64,000 nt of DNA from Halobacteriovoraceae bacterium (lineage in GTDB: Bacteria > Bdellovibrionota > Bacteriovoracia > Bacteriovoracales > Bacteriovoracaceae): assembly GCA_963719505.1 (NCBI GenBank), contig CAVRCF010000005.1, forward strand, positions 512,001-576,000, given 5' to 3'. Positions within the stretch are counted from its first letter, which is position 1; each line of letters begins with the position of its first letter. This document shows, piece by piece, positions 49,672 through 58,491 of this stretch. Made by a program: the position numbers and the translations under genes. The notes under the pieces are model-generated. The model was not told the origin of the DNA, ran no database searches, and saw only the letters and a list, made by a program, of their open reading frames with translations.

Positions 49672-51075
49672 TTACTTTTCAACAGTGGCCGTTAAAGCCC
49701 TATATTTGGCCAATTGAGCGTTGAACTCATTTACTTTTGTCCACTTGGTTACTTTGGCGTCGGCTAAATACTGTTCCCTAATATTAATAAGGAAAAAGTC
49801 ACTTGAACCTTTGCTAAATTTCTTTATTTCAGCTTTAACAAGCTGGTCAGCATAACTTATCTCCAATATAGACTGTTGAATTATTTTTTCTAAATTTTCT
49901 ATATCTACAGCTAAAGATTTTACTTTTGTTACAATAGAGTCTTCAATAAATCTGGTTTTGCGTTTCAACAGTTTTTTCTTAATCCGAACTTGGGATAATT
50001 GACTACGAACTAAATTTCTCTCAAGAGGGATATTCAGTTTGACCAAAGCCTTAGCCTCTTTTTGCTCAATGGTCCTATCAAAAGATTCATCCACATCACC
50101 AAAGTCTTGGGAGACGGAAAGATCTAATTCAACAGACGGATTAAGATTATTTTCTCTAAATTCTTCATCATTGAGCAGTTGAATATTTTCTGTCTGAAGC
50201 TCCTTAATTTTAGGATGATTTACAATAATGTCACTGATATCTTTACCGACATTGAGATTCACTGGGGAAAAAACAAAGTCTTTGGGGAGGTTTTCATCAG
50301 TTAATTTTTTTGGGAATCCATTTGCATCTCTATAAAACAGAGATAGGTTTAAAGAAGACTTTAAGTAGTCCTTGAGAGAGTCAAGAAACTTCCCTCTTCT
50401 TTTAACGATGTACTGCAAATTTTCAACTTCATAAATTTCAGAAAGATCACCGGCTTTTATTCTCTTTTTTAAATTCTTGTTTCTCGAAACAGCGAAATCG
50501 AGTAATTCCTTGTGAACGTAAAATATTTTTCCTTTTGCAACCCAATCCCAGTAGGCTTTTGAGAGTTCCGAAATAATTATTTGTTTTTCGTAAAAGTTCG
50601 ATGCATCAACTTTTGTTCTCTCTAACTTCGCATTTTTAAGTTTGAGTCTTTTTGAATCGATAAGACTGTCTCTCCATAGTGAAAAGCTCACTCCGGCTTT
50701 AAACTCTCCTTCTTCAAGAGTTCGTTGACCATTTTCATACGTTGGAAACTTGCCATTACTTTGTCGGTAGCTTGAGTATATTTTGGAATTTAATAACTGA
50801 AGAGGTTTTGAAATCTTTAGCTCTACGCTATCTCCACTATAGAAGCCCGCAAGCCTTTGATCAGTAGTCGCGTCTAGCTGAGTATCAAATGAGCCGATTG
50901 CCTCATTAATTTTTTGATCTATCAAATCTCTTTTAGATATTAAATTAAGTAAAATGGGATAGTGCTTTTTGCTGTTTAGAATCACATCCTTAAGAGTCAG
51001 CTCTTTTGCACCTACGTCAATGGAGAAGAAGAGAATAAGGGCCAAAATGAAAACGAATATTCTTCCTCTTTTCAT
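49672..51075 (-). CDS. TolC-family outer membrane factor
   Basis: Signal peptide, AYWDW, FSKGSSDFFLINIRE; in an operon with HlyD and ABC genes. Confidence 0.85.
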   Translation of the reverse strand: MKRGRIFVFILALILFFSIDVGAKELTLKDVILNSKKHYPILLNLISKRDLIDQKINEAIGSFDTQLDATTDQRLAGFYSGDSVELKISKPLQLLNSKIYSSYRQSNGKFPTYENGQRTLEEGEFKAGVSFSLWRDSLIDSKRLKLKNAKLERTKVDASNFYEKQIIISELSKAYWDWVAKGKIFYVHKELLDFAVSRNKNLKKRIKAGDLSEIYEVENLQYIVKRRGKFLDSLKDYLKSSLNLSLFYRDANGFPKKLTDENLPKDFVFSPVNLNVGKDISDIIVNHPKIKELQTENIQLLNDEEFRENNLNPSVELDLSVSQDFGDVDESFDRTIEQKEAKALVKLNIPLERNLVRSQLSQVRIKKKLLKRKTRFIEDSIVTKVKSLAVDIENLEKIIQQSILEISYADQLVKAEIKKFSKGSSDFFLINIREQYLADAKVTKWTKVNEFNAQLAKYRALTATVEK

Positions 51076-52103
51076 TTTTTATACTCACTAGGAGAATTTT
51101 CCAAAGAAGGAGGGAAACCATTAAATTGTCTCCAAAGCTCGTAGCCCAGTTTGACAGAATTGAGTGTAATCCAGCCCACAACTCTTGTCCCCTGCCTAAG
51201 GAATTTATTATCCGGCCACTGTTCACCTTTTTCGGGAACCACGATAACTCTAAATTTTCCACTCTTCGCAGCGGAAGCGTCGACATTGAGAACAACGCCA
51301 CCAAATGTTCCAACGGCAACTGAGGGCCAACCACTAAATTGAATTGCAGGCCATCCTTCAAATTGAATTCTCACTTTCCGACCAGGAAAAACAAGTGGGA
51401 GATCATTTCCCGTGATGAAGATCTCAACAGCCGTTTGCTTCGTTTCAGGAACAAAACTTGCCAGTTTATCACCTTCTTTAACAAAAACTGAACCTGAGCC
51501 TTGAAAAATACGAAGAACAGTACCATCTCTTGGAGCTGTTACCATTTGAGTTTGTTGCCTTGAAAGCTTAACTTCTGTCTGAGCTAACTTCACAGCATAG
51601 TCAGCTTCGCTTGCAAGGTACTTTTTATAATCAATCTTTGCCTTCTCTAGGCTCAGTTTAGATGCTAGTCCGTCTTTAAAAAGGCTCTCTTGCCTTTTAA
51701 AATTCAAAAGAGATGTCTCAGCCGCGGCTTTAGCTGCTTCAAAGCTTTTAAAAACAGATTCCTTCTCACTTCTCAACCTTTCAATATAAAGCGGATCATT
51801 ATCAACGATCTCTACCAAGGGATCACCTTTTTTAACTACAGCACCATCTCTGACGAGCCATTTATTAATTCTTCCTTTAAGATTTGACGTAATGTCTTGA
51901 ATTCTATCATTGGGATTGAGGGCACTAACCACCCCCATTCCTCTGGAGGTTTGTTGCCAGGGAACGAGAACGAGGACGATGACAAAAAAAAGAAAGAAGC
52001 TGATGAGGACTTTAGCAAATGTTTTAGACCATATAGGAAGTTTCTCCTCTTGAAGAGATGCAAATGTACTCAGATCTTCTCTTTCTATCCTATTCATCTT
52101 CAT
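51072..52103 (-). CDS. HlyD-family membrane fusion protein
   Basis: One TM, VPWQQT, lipoyl half-motifs VRDGAVVKKGD and APRDG, QFEGWPAIQFSGWP. Confidence 0.88.
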   Translation of the reverse strand: MKMNRIEREDLSTFASLQEEKLPIWSKTFAKVLISFFLFFVIVLVLVPWQQTSRGMGVVSALNPNDRIQDITSNLKGRINKWLVRDGAVVKKGDPLVEIVDNDPLYIERLRSEKESVFKSFEAAKAAAETSLLNFKRQESLFKDGLASKLSLEKAKIDYKKYLASEADYAVKLAQTEVKLSRQQTQMVTAPRDGTVLRIFQGSGSVFVKEGDKLASFVPETKQTAVEIFITGNDLPLVFPGRKVRIQFEGWPAIQFSGWPSVAVGTFGGVVLNVDASAAKSGKFRVIVVPEKGEQWPDNKFLRQGTRVVGWITLNSVKLGYELWRQFNGFPPSLENSPSEYKK

Positions 52104-53769
52104 ACCTACTTAAGCCTCTTTCATCAAAAATTAATTTCTCTTTATAGACCATACCGTCGGTTTCTTTATTCGATATATGAATAATAAGGATATCAAGCTT
52201 TTGAAGCTCTTTAATCATGGCGGACATTCTTTTGTCTTCAACTTGATCAAAAACTTCCGTCAAAACGAGGACTTTTGGTTTATTAACCAAAGCCCGAGCT
52301 ATTTCAAATCGAAGAAGTTGCGAGGACCAAAACGGAAAACCAGAAGGCAAAACGTTTGTATCGAGACCATCACCAAAGGAATTAAAACTATCCCCCAGAA
52401 AACCTTTATGCAAAGCTTCCCTGAGTTCAGTATCACTAACTCCATCCATCCCCCAAGAAAGATTATCTCGAATTGTCCCCTCGAAAGTTGTGGACTTCGC
52501 TATAACTTGAATTTCTGAGCGAAAGGAGTTTTGAGTAATAGTACCGTAGGTCACTCCACCAAAAGTTATAACTCCGCTATCTGGTGAATCAATTTGCTGA
52601 ATAAGATTTAAAAAGAGTTGCTTTGAAGAGTAAACTCTCGACTCTACAAGATAAGCATTTTTGGCTTTAAAATCGTAATCATAGCAAAAGTTATGTTTAC
52701 CTCCTGCAATCCTAACCTTCTTTAAGGAGAGATCCCCGCCTGAAAATGAGTTTGAACTATTGTCTTTTACTTCTAATTCAGGAACCAGTTTATGAAACTG
52801 TGAGATTTTTTCTACAGCTGCGTAAAGGTCATAAAACGACTCCAAATATTTAGCAGAATTTGAAAGGCTTGAGAGAATAACAGTTATAATAAGTTCTGCT
52901 GCAACTAATTGCCCTAAAGAAAGCTCTCCGTTTATCACTAAAAAGCCACCTAGACCTAAAACAAAGGCACTCATAACGGCATAGATAGAGAGAAGAAATA
53001 TCTTCTGAGAGAAAAGTTCCCTAAAATGGATCTTTCTTTGGTCGAGATAATTTAGAATGAGCTTATCTGACTTTTTAATCGCTTCTCTTTTTTTGGCTTC
53101 TGACTTGAAAAAATAGTTAGCTCTCGCTAACTCCTCTAACCAACCAGCAACACTATACTTTGCCTTCGACTCGTAAATGGCACTCTTGAGTGCTGCTTTA
53201 CCATATATCTTCCAAACAAGAATGATCATAGCAATAAGCAAAACGTCAAAGATCAAAAAATACGGATGATAAAAAGCTAAAATGAGAAGGCCCACGACTG
53301 TTTTTAAAACCAAGGACAGTCCATCCGTGAGAAGCTTTGTGACATTTTTTTGAACGGTCATTACGTCAAAGTATCTATTCATTAGCTCTACAGCGTTTTG
53401 CTCATTCACTTGGTCGTGATTGGCGTTGAGAATTTTAACAGTAATTTCACTACTTGTTCTGGCATAAAAACGCCTTTGAAAACACTCAATAATATAGGTT
53501 TGATAAGCTTTCAAAGTACCTGAAAAGATAAGAAGGAATAGGAGCAGCACCGAAAGAACAACTAATGGTTGAACCAAAACATTTGAAGAGACTGTATTAA
53601 CGAGGGCTTGAACAGAAATAGGGATTGCGAGTGTCAAGACACTTACACCCAATCCGTAAACAATTGAGACCGTATAAAAAGCGGTCTCATCACCAAGAAT
53701 AAATCTTAGATTTTGTTTTACTTCAGTATAGCTTATTGTATCTATTTTTTTTTTAAATAAGCCTACCAA
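52090..53769 (-). CDS. ABC exporter (TMD plus degenerate NBD)
   Basis: LAIPISVQALVN, NRYFDV, LSLGQLVAAELI in the TMD; Walker A/B, signature and H-loop are all altered. Confidence 0.85.
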   Translation of the reverse strand: MVGLFKKKIDTISYTEVKQNLRFILGDETAFYTVSIVYGLGVSVLTLAIPISVQALVNTVSSNVLVQPLVVLSVLLLFLLIFSGTLKAYQTYIIECFQRRFYARTSSEITVKILNANHDQVNEQNAVELMNRYFDVMTVQKNVTKLLTDGLSLVLKTVVGLLILAFYHPYFLIFDVLLIAMIILVWKIYGKAALKSAIYESKAKYSVAGWLEELARANYFFKSEAKKREAIKKSDKLILNYLDQRKIHFRELFSQKIFLLSIYAVMSAFVLGLGGFLVINGELSLGQLVAAELIITVILSSLSNSAKYLESFYDLYAAVEKISQFHKLVPELEVKDNSSNSFSGGDLSLKKVRIAGGKHNFCYDYDFKAKNAYLVESRVYSSKQLFLNLIQQIDSPDSGVITFGGVTYGTITQNSFRSEIQVIAKSTTFEGTIRDNLSWGMDGVSDTELREALHKGFLGDSFNSFGDGLDTNVLPSGFPFWSSQLLRFEIARALVNKPKVLVLTEVFDQVEDKRMSAMIKELQKLDILIIHISNKETDGMVYKEKLIFDERGLSRYEDE

Positions 53770-53984
53770 TTAGTTGCACCTTTATCGTGAAGAGTTTGAA
53801 ACCTCTTCAATCGTTCATATTCAATTTCTTGTTTCTCTCTTTTTATTTTATCGGAATAAGACTCAGTTTGTCTTTGTTTAATTAATTTTTTTTTTGGCTT
53901 TGACTCCAAAAAAGTCGAGCAAGATAATGAAATCAATAGAAAGAAAAGAATAAAACTGCACCTAGCGATCATTGGTTTAAACAT
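53763..53984 (-). CDS. small lipoprotein
   Basis: GGAGG RBS, lipobox SLSC(ST); first gene of the ABC/HlyD/TolC operon. Confidence 0.65.
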   Translation of the reverse strand: MFKPMIARCSFILFFLLISLSCSTFLESKPKKKLIKQRQTESYSDKIKREKQEIEYERLKRFQTLHDKGATNW

Positions 53985-54051
53985 AACCACCTCCAGACAT
54001 ATATTAGCATTTACTATTGTTAACTGTTACTATATAATACTAACAACATAG

Positions 54052-54066
54052 TTAAGGAAAACTTAA
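54052..54066. promoter_or_regulatory. LysR-type palindrome TTAA-N7-TTAA
   Basis: TTAAGGAAAACTTAA immediately before the divergent LysR start. Confidence 0.45.
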
Positions 54067-54067
54067 G

Positions 54068-54961
54068 ATGTATTGGCTCAACTACCAACAATTGCTTTAT
54101 TTTCGAGAGATTGCCCATGTTGGAAGTATCTCTGTAGCGGCTAAGAACTTAAATATAAGCTCCCCAGCGCTCAGCATGCAGCTGAAATCTCTTGAGGAAT
54201 CAATTGGCCATCAGCTCTTTGAAAGAAGATCTAAGAGATTGTTTATCAATGACTATGGAAAATTTGTTCTGTCCTATGCTGACAGAATATTTACCATCGG
54301 TGGAGAGCTCATTTCATCTATAAACAAGGCTTCTTTAGTGGGCACAAGTCACTTCAAGCTTGGCTTCAACGATGCTTTACCCAAAACGTTAACGACCAAA
54401 GTGACAAAACTTTTAATAAATGAATTTCCACAAATAAGTCTCTCTGTCATTGAAGGAAATATTCCCTCTCTCCAAAAAAGCCTTAACCAATCCGATTGCG
54501 ATATTATTTTTACTAACAGATCTCCAAACCTAGAAAAAGGAGACATAAAATCTATTCGATTTCATCAAAGTGACCTCTATGTTTATGGCGTTGAAAAGTA
54601 CAAATCAATTTCAAAGAACTTTCCAAAGTCCCTCGAAGGCTCACCTTTTATTCTGCCAAGCGTACCTTCTGAGATGAGAAGAAAGATAGATTTATGGTTT
54701 ATAAAAAATAATATTCACTACCGACAAGTCATTGAAGCACAGGACTCAAGCGCTAAGAAATCAATGGCCCTTGAAGGTTTAGGGATGGTTATTATTCCAA
54801 GTTACGGAGCAGAAGAACTAGTTCGAGAAAAGAAACTCTACAAGATAGGTAAACTCGATAATGTTCAAGAAGACTTTTATTTTTCAACGAGAAAAGAGCA
54901 TACAATCAACAAAGAAATTATAGAATTTCTCGATAAACGGCTGCGCGAATCAGCGCTATAA
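54068..54961 (+). CDS. LysR-family regulator (NhaR-like), second paralog
   Basis: WLNYQQLLYF, GSISVAAKNL, SPALSMQLKSLE, EAQDSS. Confidence 0.9.
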   Translation: MYWLNYQQLLYFREIAHVGSISVAAKNLNISSPALSMQLKSLEESIGHQLFERRSKRLFINDYGKFVLSYADRIFTIGGELISSINKASLVGTSHFKLGFNDALPKTLTTKVTKLLINEFPQISLSVIEGNIPSLQKSLNQSDCDIIFTNRSPNLEKGDIKSIRFHQSDLYVYGVEKYKSISKNFPKSLEGSPFILPSVPSEMRRKIDLWFIKNNIHYRQVIEAQDSSAKKSMALEGLGMVIIPSYGAEELVREKKLYKIGKLDNVQEDFYFSTRKEHTINKEIIEFLDKRLRESAL

Positions 54962-56206
54962 GTTGATAGCAGCTTGCATAAGAATTCCACAAAACCAAGC
55001 TCCGTAAGTCCCTACAACATAGCCAAGCACGGCCAAAAGAACCCCAACCGGTGCCAGTGAAGAGTGAAAGAAGCCTGCCACTACAGGAGCCGAAGCCGCT
55101 CCGCCAATATTGGCCTGGCTTCCAACAGCAATAAAGAAAAGTGGTGCCTTTACTAACTTGCCTATGAACATGATGAAAACGGCATGAATACTAATCCAGA
55201 CAAGACCCACAAGAAAAATCCCGGGGTTGTTAAAAATTGCGAAGATGTCCATATGCATACCAATTGATGCAATCAAAATATAAAGAAAAATATTTCCTAT
55301 TTTACTCGCTCCGTAATTTTCGAATTTTTTTACCTTGGTAAACGAGAGAGTGACCCCGATGGTAGTAGACAGAACAATGAGCCAAAAGAACTTACTTGTT
55401 AACGAAAACTTTGAAAGCCCAGGAGCATGTTCAGCTATAAAAGGTCCTAAAAAGTCAGCTCCAACATGTGACAGTCCTGTCGCAACAAAACCTATGGCCA
55501 AGATATACATCAAATGATTGAAGCTTGGGTTCTTTCCCCCATCGATAGAGAGTTTTTCTACTTTTGCGATAATAGTGTCGACACTTTTATTATCGGCCCC
55601 TATCCACGCATTAACTTTTTCTTTTTTTGAAGCTAAAAATAGTAAAACGGCGAGCCAAACATTAGCCACTAATATATCGACAACAACCATCATAGAAAAA
55701 ATCTTATCATTGACTGAAAAGACTTCTTTCATAGAGGCTTGGTTGGCCCCTCCACCAATCCAAGAACCAGCGACTGTCGTCATCCCTCTCCAAACTTCGT
55801 CTAGATTTAAACCATCGAATACATTTGGCATAAGAAACTTAACGAAAAGAAGGGCCAGTGGTCCACCTATGATAACCCCAAAGGTTCCTGCAAAAAAGAC
55901 CGCTAACATCTTGGGTCCAAGTTTTAGAATTTCTTTTAGGTCCACACTCATCGTCAAAAGAACGAGAGTGGTTGGCAAAAGGTAGCGTGAAGAGACGAAA
56001 TAGAGTTTTGATGATTCCCCATCAATAATATGAAAGCTATTTAAAAGTCCTGGAATAAAGTAGCAAAGAAGAAGGCTTGGTACAAAAGTGTAAAACTTTT
56101 TAAAGAATCCGGTCTCTTTACTCGAAGTATAAAAAACCAGTCCAAGACAAAGGAATAAGAGTGCTAAAACAACAGCGTCGTTTGTAAATAAAATTTGTTC
56201 TTTCAT
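54956..56206 (-). CDS. DUF819 family membrane protein
   Basis: GSWIGGGAN and GSQANIGGAASAPVVA; many TMs. Confidence 0.85.
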   Translation of the reverse strand: MKEQILFTNDAVVLALLFLCLGLVFYTSSKETGFFKKFYTFVPSLLLCYFIPGLLNSFHIIDGESSKLYFVSSRYLLPTTLVLLTMSVDLKEILKLGPKMLAVFFAGTFGVIIGGPLALLFVKFLMPNVFDGLNLDEVWRGMTTVAGSWIGGGANQASMKEVFSVNDKIFSMMVVVDILVANVWLAVLLFLASKKEKVNAWIGADNKSVDTIIAKVEKLSIDGGKNPSFNHLMYILAIGFVATGLSHVGADFLGPFIAEHAPGLSKFSLTSKFFWLIVLSTTIGVTLSFTKVKKFENYGASKIGNIFLYILIASIGMHMDIFAIFNNPGIFLVGLVWISIHAVFIMFIGKLVKAPLFFIAVGSQANIGGAASAPVVAGFFHSSLAPVGVLLAVLGYVVGTYGAWFCGILMQAAINL

Positions 56207-56244
56207 AGACTTAGTATAGAAATAAAAAACCTAAATTGAAATAA

Positions 56245-56631
56245 CTAATCAGAATTTAAATTGAGCTCGTTTACATAGTATTTTATTCTTTTAGAGTCAT
56301 CTTTAAGACGCTTTATCTGTTCAACAATAGTATCGGCCATCATTTTTGGCGAGTCATCGATGGAGACTTGAAAGTCCCAGTTTTTCTGATGGTGAAAGAT
56401 ATAGTCCTCTTCCTCTGGTTCATCCTCAAAATCACACTCATCTAGATCCATTTCACTAAATTCGTTCAAAAGATCAGCTAAAGGATCATCAAGAGGAAAA
56501 TTCTTGGAAGCCGGATGGGCCACATCATGGGGAATCTCTTCTTTGGAGCTAGGTTCATCAGTTCTTCTTCTGTCTTTAAAAGACAGTGGAATGACATTGT
56601 TTCTACGGTCCACTTCTGTTGCATTTTTCAT
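56245..56631 (-). CDS. acidic hypothetical protein with DRR motifs
   Basis: AGGAG RBS; VDRR and KDRRR; downstream of a sigma54 promoter. Confidence 0.6.
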   Translation of the reverse strand: MKNATEVDRRNNVIPLSFKDRRRTDEPSSKEEIPHDVAHPASKNFPLDDPLADLLNEFSEMDLDECDFEDEPEEEDYIFHHQKNWDFQVSIDDSPKMMADTIVEQIKRLKDDSKRIKYYVNELNLNSD

Positions 56632-56681
56632 TTTTTAAACATTCTCCTGTAAAACTAAAGAACTTATAACATCTTATTAGC

Positions 56682-56698
56682 TGCACTAACTGTGCCAA
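56682..56698 (-). promoter_or_regulatory. sigma54 -24/-12 promoter
   Basis: TTGGCACAGTTAGTGCA (GG-N10-GC). Confidence 0.65.
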
Positions 56699-56733
56699 AG
56701 TTTTCGTACCGGAGTGGAAAAATCATCCAAAAA

Positions 56734-56746
56734 TATCAATAACTTA
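56734..56746. promoter_or_regulatory. IHF binding site
   Basis: TATCAATAACTTA upstream of the sigma54 promoter. Confidence 0.55.
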
Positions 56747-56839
56747 GAGCTGGTATGTAATAAATTCCTGAAAAAAGGTTGATCAGTTCCAAAAGTTAAT
56801 GATCACTTTTTTAACATCCTAATTTTATTAGTTTTTTCT

Positions 56840-56867
56840 TAAAGAAGATTAGAGTTATCTCCGATAA
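56840..56867 (+). promoter_or_regulatory. sigma28-type promoter
   Basis: TAAAG-N15-TCCGATAA, 23 nt before ATG 56891. Confidence 0.55.
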
Positions 56868-56890
56868 GCCCATGGGAAGGCAAAGAAACT

Positions 56891-58231
56891 ATGTTTTATA
56901 ACTATAATCCAAGTGACAAAGAAAATCGATTCACCATGGTGTGGCTTGGATTTCTTTTTCTAACAATTATGTATACAGCTTTTGAAGCTCCAGTAAGCTT
57001 CGTCCTAGACTATGACGTGGAAGAGCATAATATGTGGTGGGATGCCTTATTCTCTTTGGTCTTTTTTACAGATATTCTTTTAAGGCTCACCGGGAAACTC
57101 AAGCTTCCAAATGACTTGAACGGAATGAGTGATAAAGACATCGCAACAACTCCTTATATTAAATCTGTCTGGCTCCCTATTGATATTATAACGTCAATGC
57201 CTTTTGATATCATTGCCGCAACCTTAGGATTATCTGTACCAATGAAAGTTCTCTCTCTTTTAAGGCTTGCTAGAGTCGTGAGAATAGTAAAGCTGAGAAC
57301 CTTAATAGACATCTTTGATTTTCTCCCAAAGTGGGCCAAGGCTTCACTTGTTGTTGGTACAATTATGACTATTATCCACTGGATTGCTTGTGGATGGATG
57401 ATCGTTAACCCACAAACTCAACTGGATCCAATAACTTTTTACAATCACTCGCTCTACTGGACAATCACAACCCTAACGACAGTCGGCTATGGTGATATCA
57501 CTCCGACCACGAATATTGGACGGGTTTACACGATGGCTATTATGCTCGTTGGTGCAGCAACTTACGGTATTATTATCGCTAATTTCTCAAGGCTGATTAT
57601 GCTTGCGGATAAATATAAAGAAGAGAAAAAAGAGAAGATGAACGGGATGATGCAGTTTATGAAGTACTACAATATTCCTATGAGTCTTCAAAAACAAGTT
57701 TTCTCATTTTATAATCACCTTCTTACAAAGAGCATTTCTGATCAAGATACAACGATTATTAAAGATTTACCTCAGGCTTTGCAAAACGAGTTAAACATCT
57801 ATCAAAAAATTAAATTTATTAGAAGCGTTCATATCTTTAAAGATGCCTCCACTCCATGTTTAAAAATGATTGCAGAAAAACTTGAGCAAACCTTTCACTC
57901 TCCCAATGAGTTCATTATTAGGAAGGGTGATGTCGGTGAGGAAATGTTTATTATTGGCCATGGAGAATTAGAAGTCTCCTCTGGTGAGAAAGTTCTCAAT
58001 GAAATAAAAGCCGGACAATTTTTTGGTGAAATTGCCCTTCTCCAAGACACTGTTCGTGGAGCTGATGTCAAAACCAACTCCTACTGTGATCTTTATACTT
58101 TTAAAAAAGAAGACTTTTTAGAAGTCATTATTAAATATCCAACCTTAAAAACTAAATTTGAGCAAAGATACAAGAAAAGAAAAGCTGACCAGTCGACTCC
58201 AGAAAAAAATGAGACTCCGAAAGCTGCCTAG
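56891..58231 (+). CDS. cyclic nucleotide-gated K+ channel (6TM plus CNBD)
   Basis: S4 LRLARVVRIVKLR, filter TTVGYGD, C-linker, CNBD FFGEIAL..RGADV. Confidence 0.92.
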   Translation: MFYNYNPSDKENRFTMVWLGFLFLTIMYTAFEAPVSFVLDYDVEEHNMWWDALFSLVFFTDILLRLTGKLKLPNDLNGMSDKDIATTPYIKSVWLPIDIITSMPFDIIAATLGLSVPMKVLSLLRLARVVRIVKLRTLIDIFDFLPKWAKASLVVGTIMTIIHWIACGWMIVNPQTQLDPITFYNHSLYWTITTLTTVGYGDITPTTNIGRVYTMAIMLVGAATYGIIIANFSRLIMLADKYKEEKKEKMNGMMQFMKYYNIPMSLQKQVFSFYNHLLTKSISDQDTTIIKDLPQALQNELNIYQKIKFIRSVHIFKDASTPCLKMIAEKLEQTFHSPNEFIIRKGDVGEEMFIIGHGELEVSSGEKVLNEIKAGQFFGEIALLQDTVRGADVKTNSYCDLYTFKKEDFLEVIIKYPTLKTKFEQRYKKRKADQSTPEKNETPKAA

Positions 58232-58277
58232 TTTAGAATATTTTTGATTTCCGCACAAGATCCCTTAAAATAGTCTC

Positions 58278-58490
58278 ATGAAACCAAATTGCATAAAATG
58301 CAAACACTACTTTATCACTTTTGATCAGTATGCGCCCAAAGGATGCAGAGTCTACAATATTAAAAGTCAAAAGCTACCATCAGTCATTGTCAAAGATGCC
58401 AATCAAGGGCGCGAATGCCTGGGCTTTGAACCTAAAGCGTCCAACGAAAAGAAAGAAAAAAATTTAAATGATGACAAGTATTGGAAGTAA
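58278..58490 (+). CDS. small Cys-rich putative metal-binding protein
   Basis: CIKCKH..GC..C; directly preceded by TTGATT-16-TAAAAT. Confidence 0.7.
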   Translation: MKPNCIKCKHYFITFDQYAPKGCRVYNIKSQKLPSVIVKDANQGRECLGFEPKASNEKKEKNLNDDKYWK

Positions 58491-58491
58491 G

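Noticed and set aside
43596-54961. tRNA-anchored genomic island
   Set aside because: No integrase, and I found no downstream duplicate of the tRNA 3' end by eye.
55518-55985. 155 aa antisense ORF and similar short nested or antisense ORFs (for example 40073-40516, 51017-51361, 19635-19931)
   Set aside because: They lie within well-supported genes and show no recognisable motifs.
58278-58490. Uracil-DNA glycosylase label often given to such small Cys proteins
   Set aside because: Only 70 aa, with no UDG catalytic motifs.
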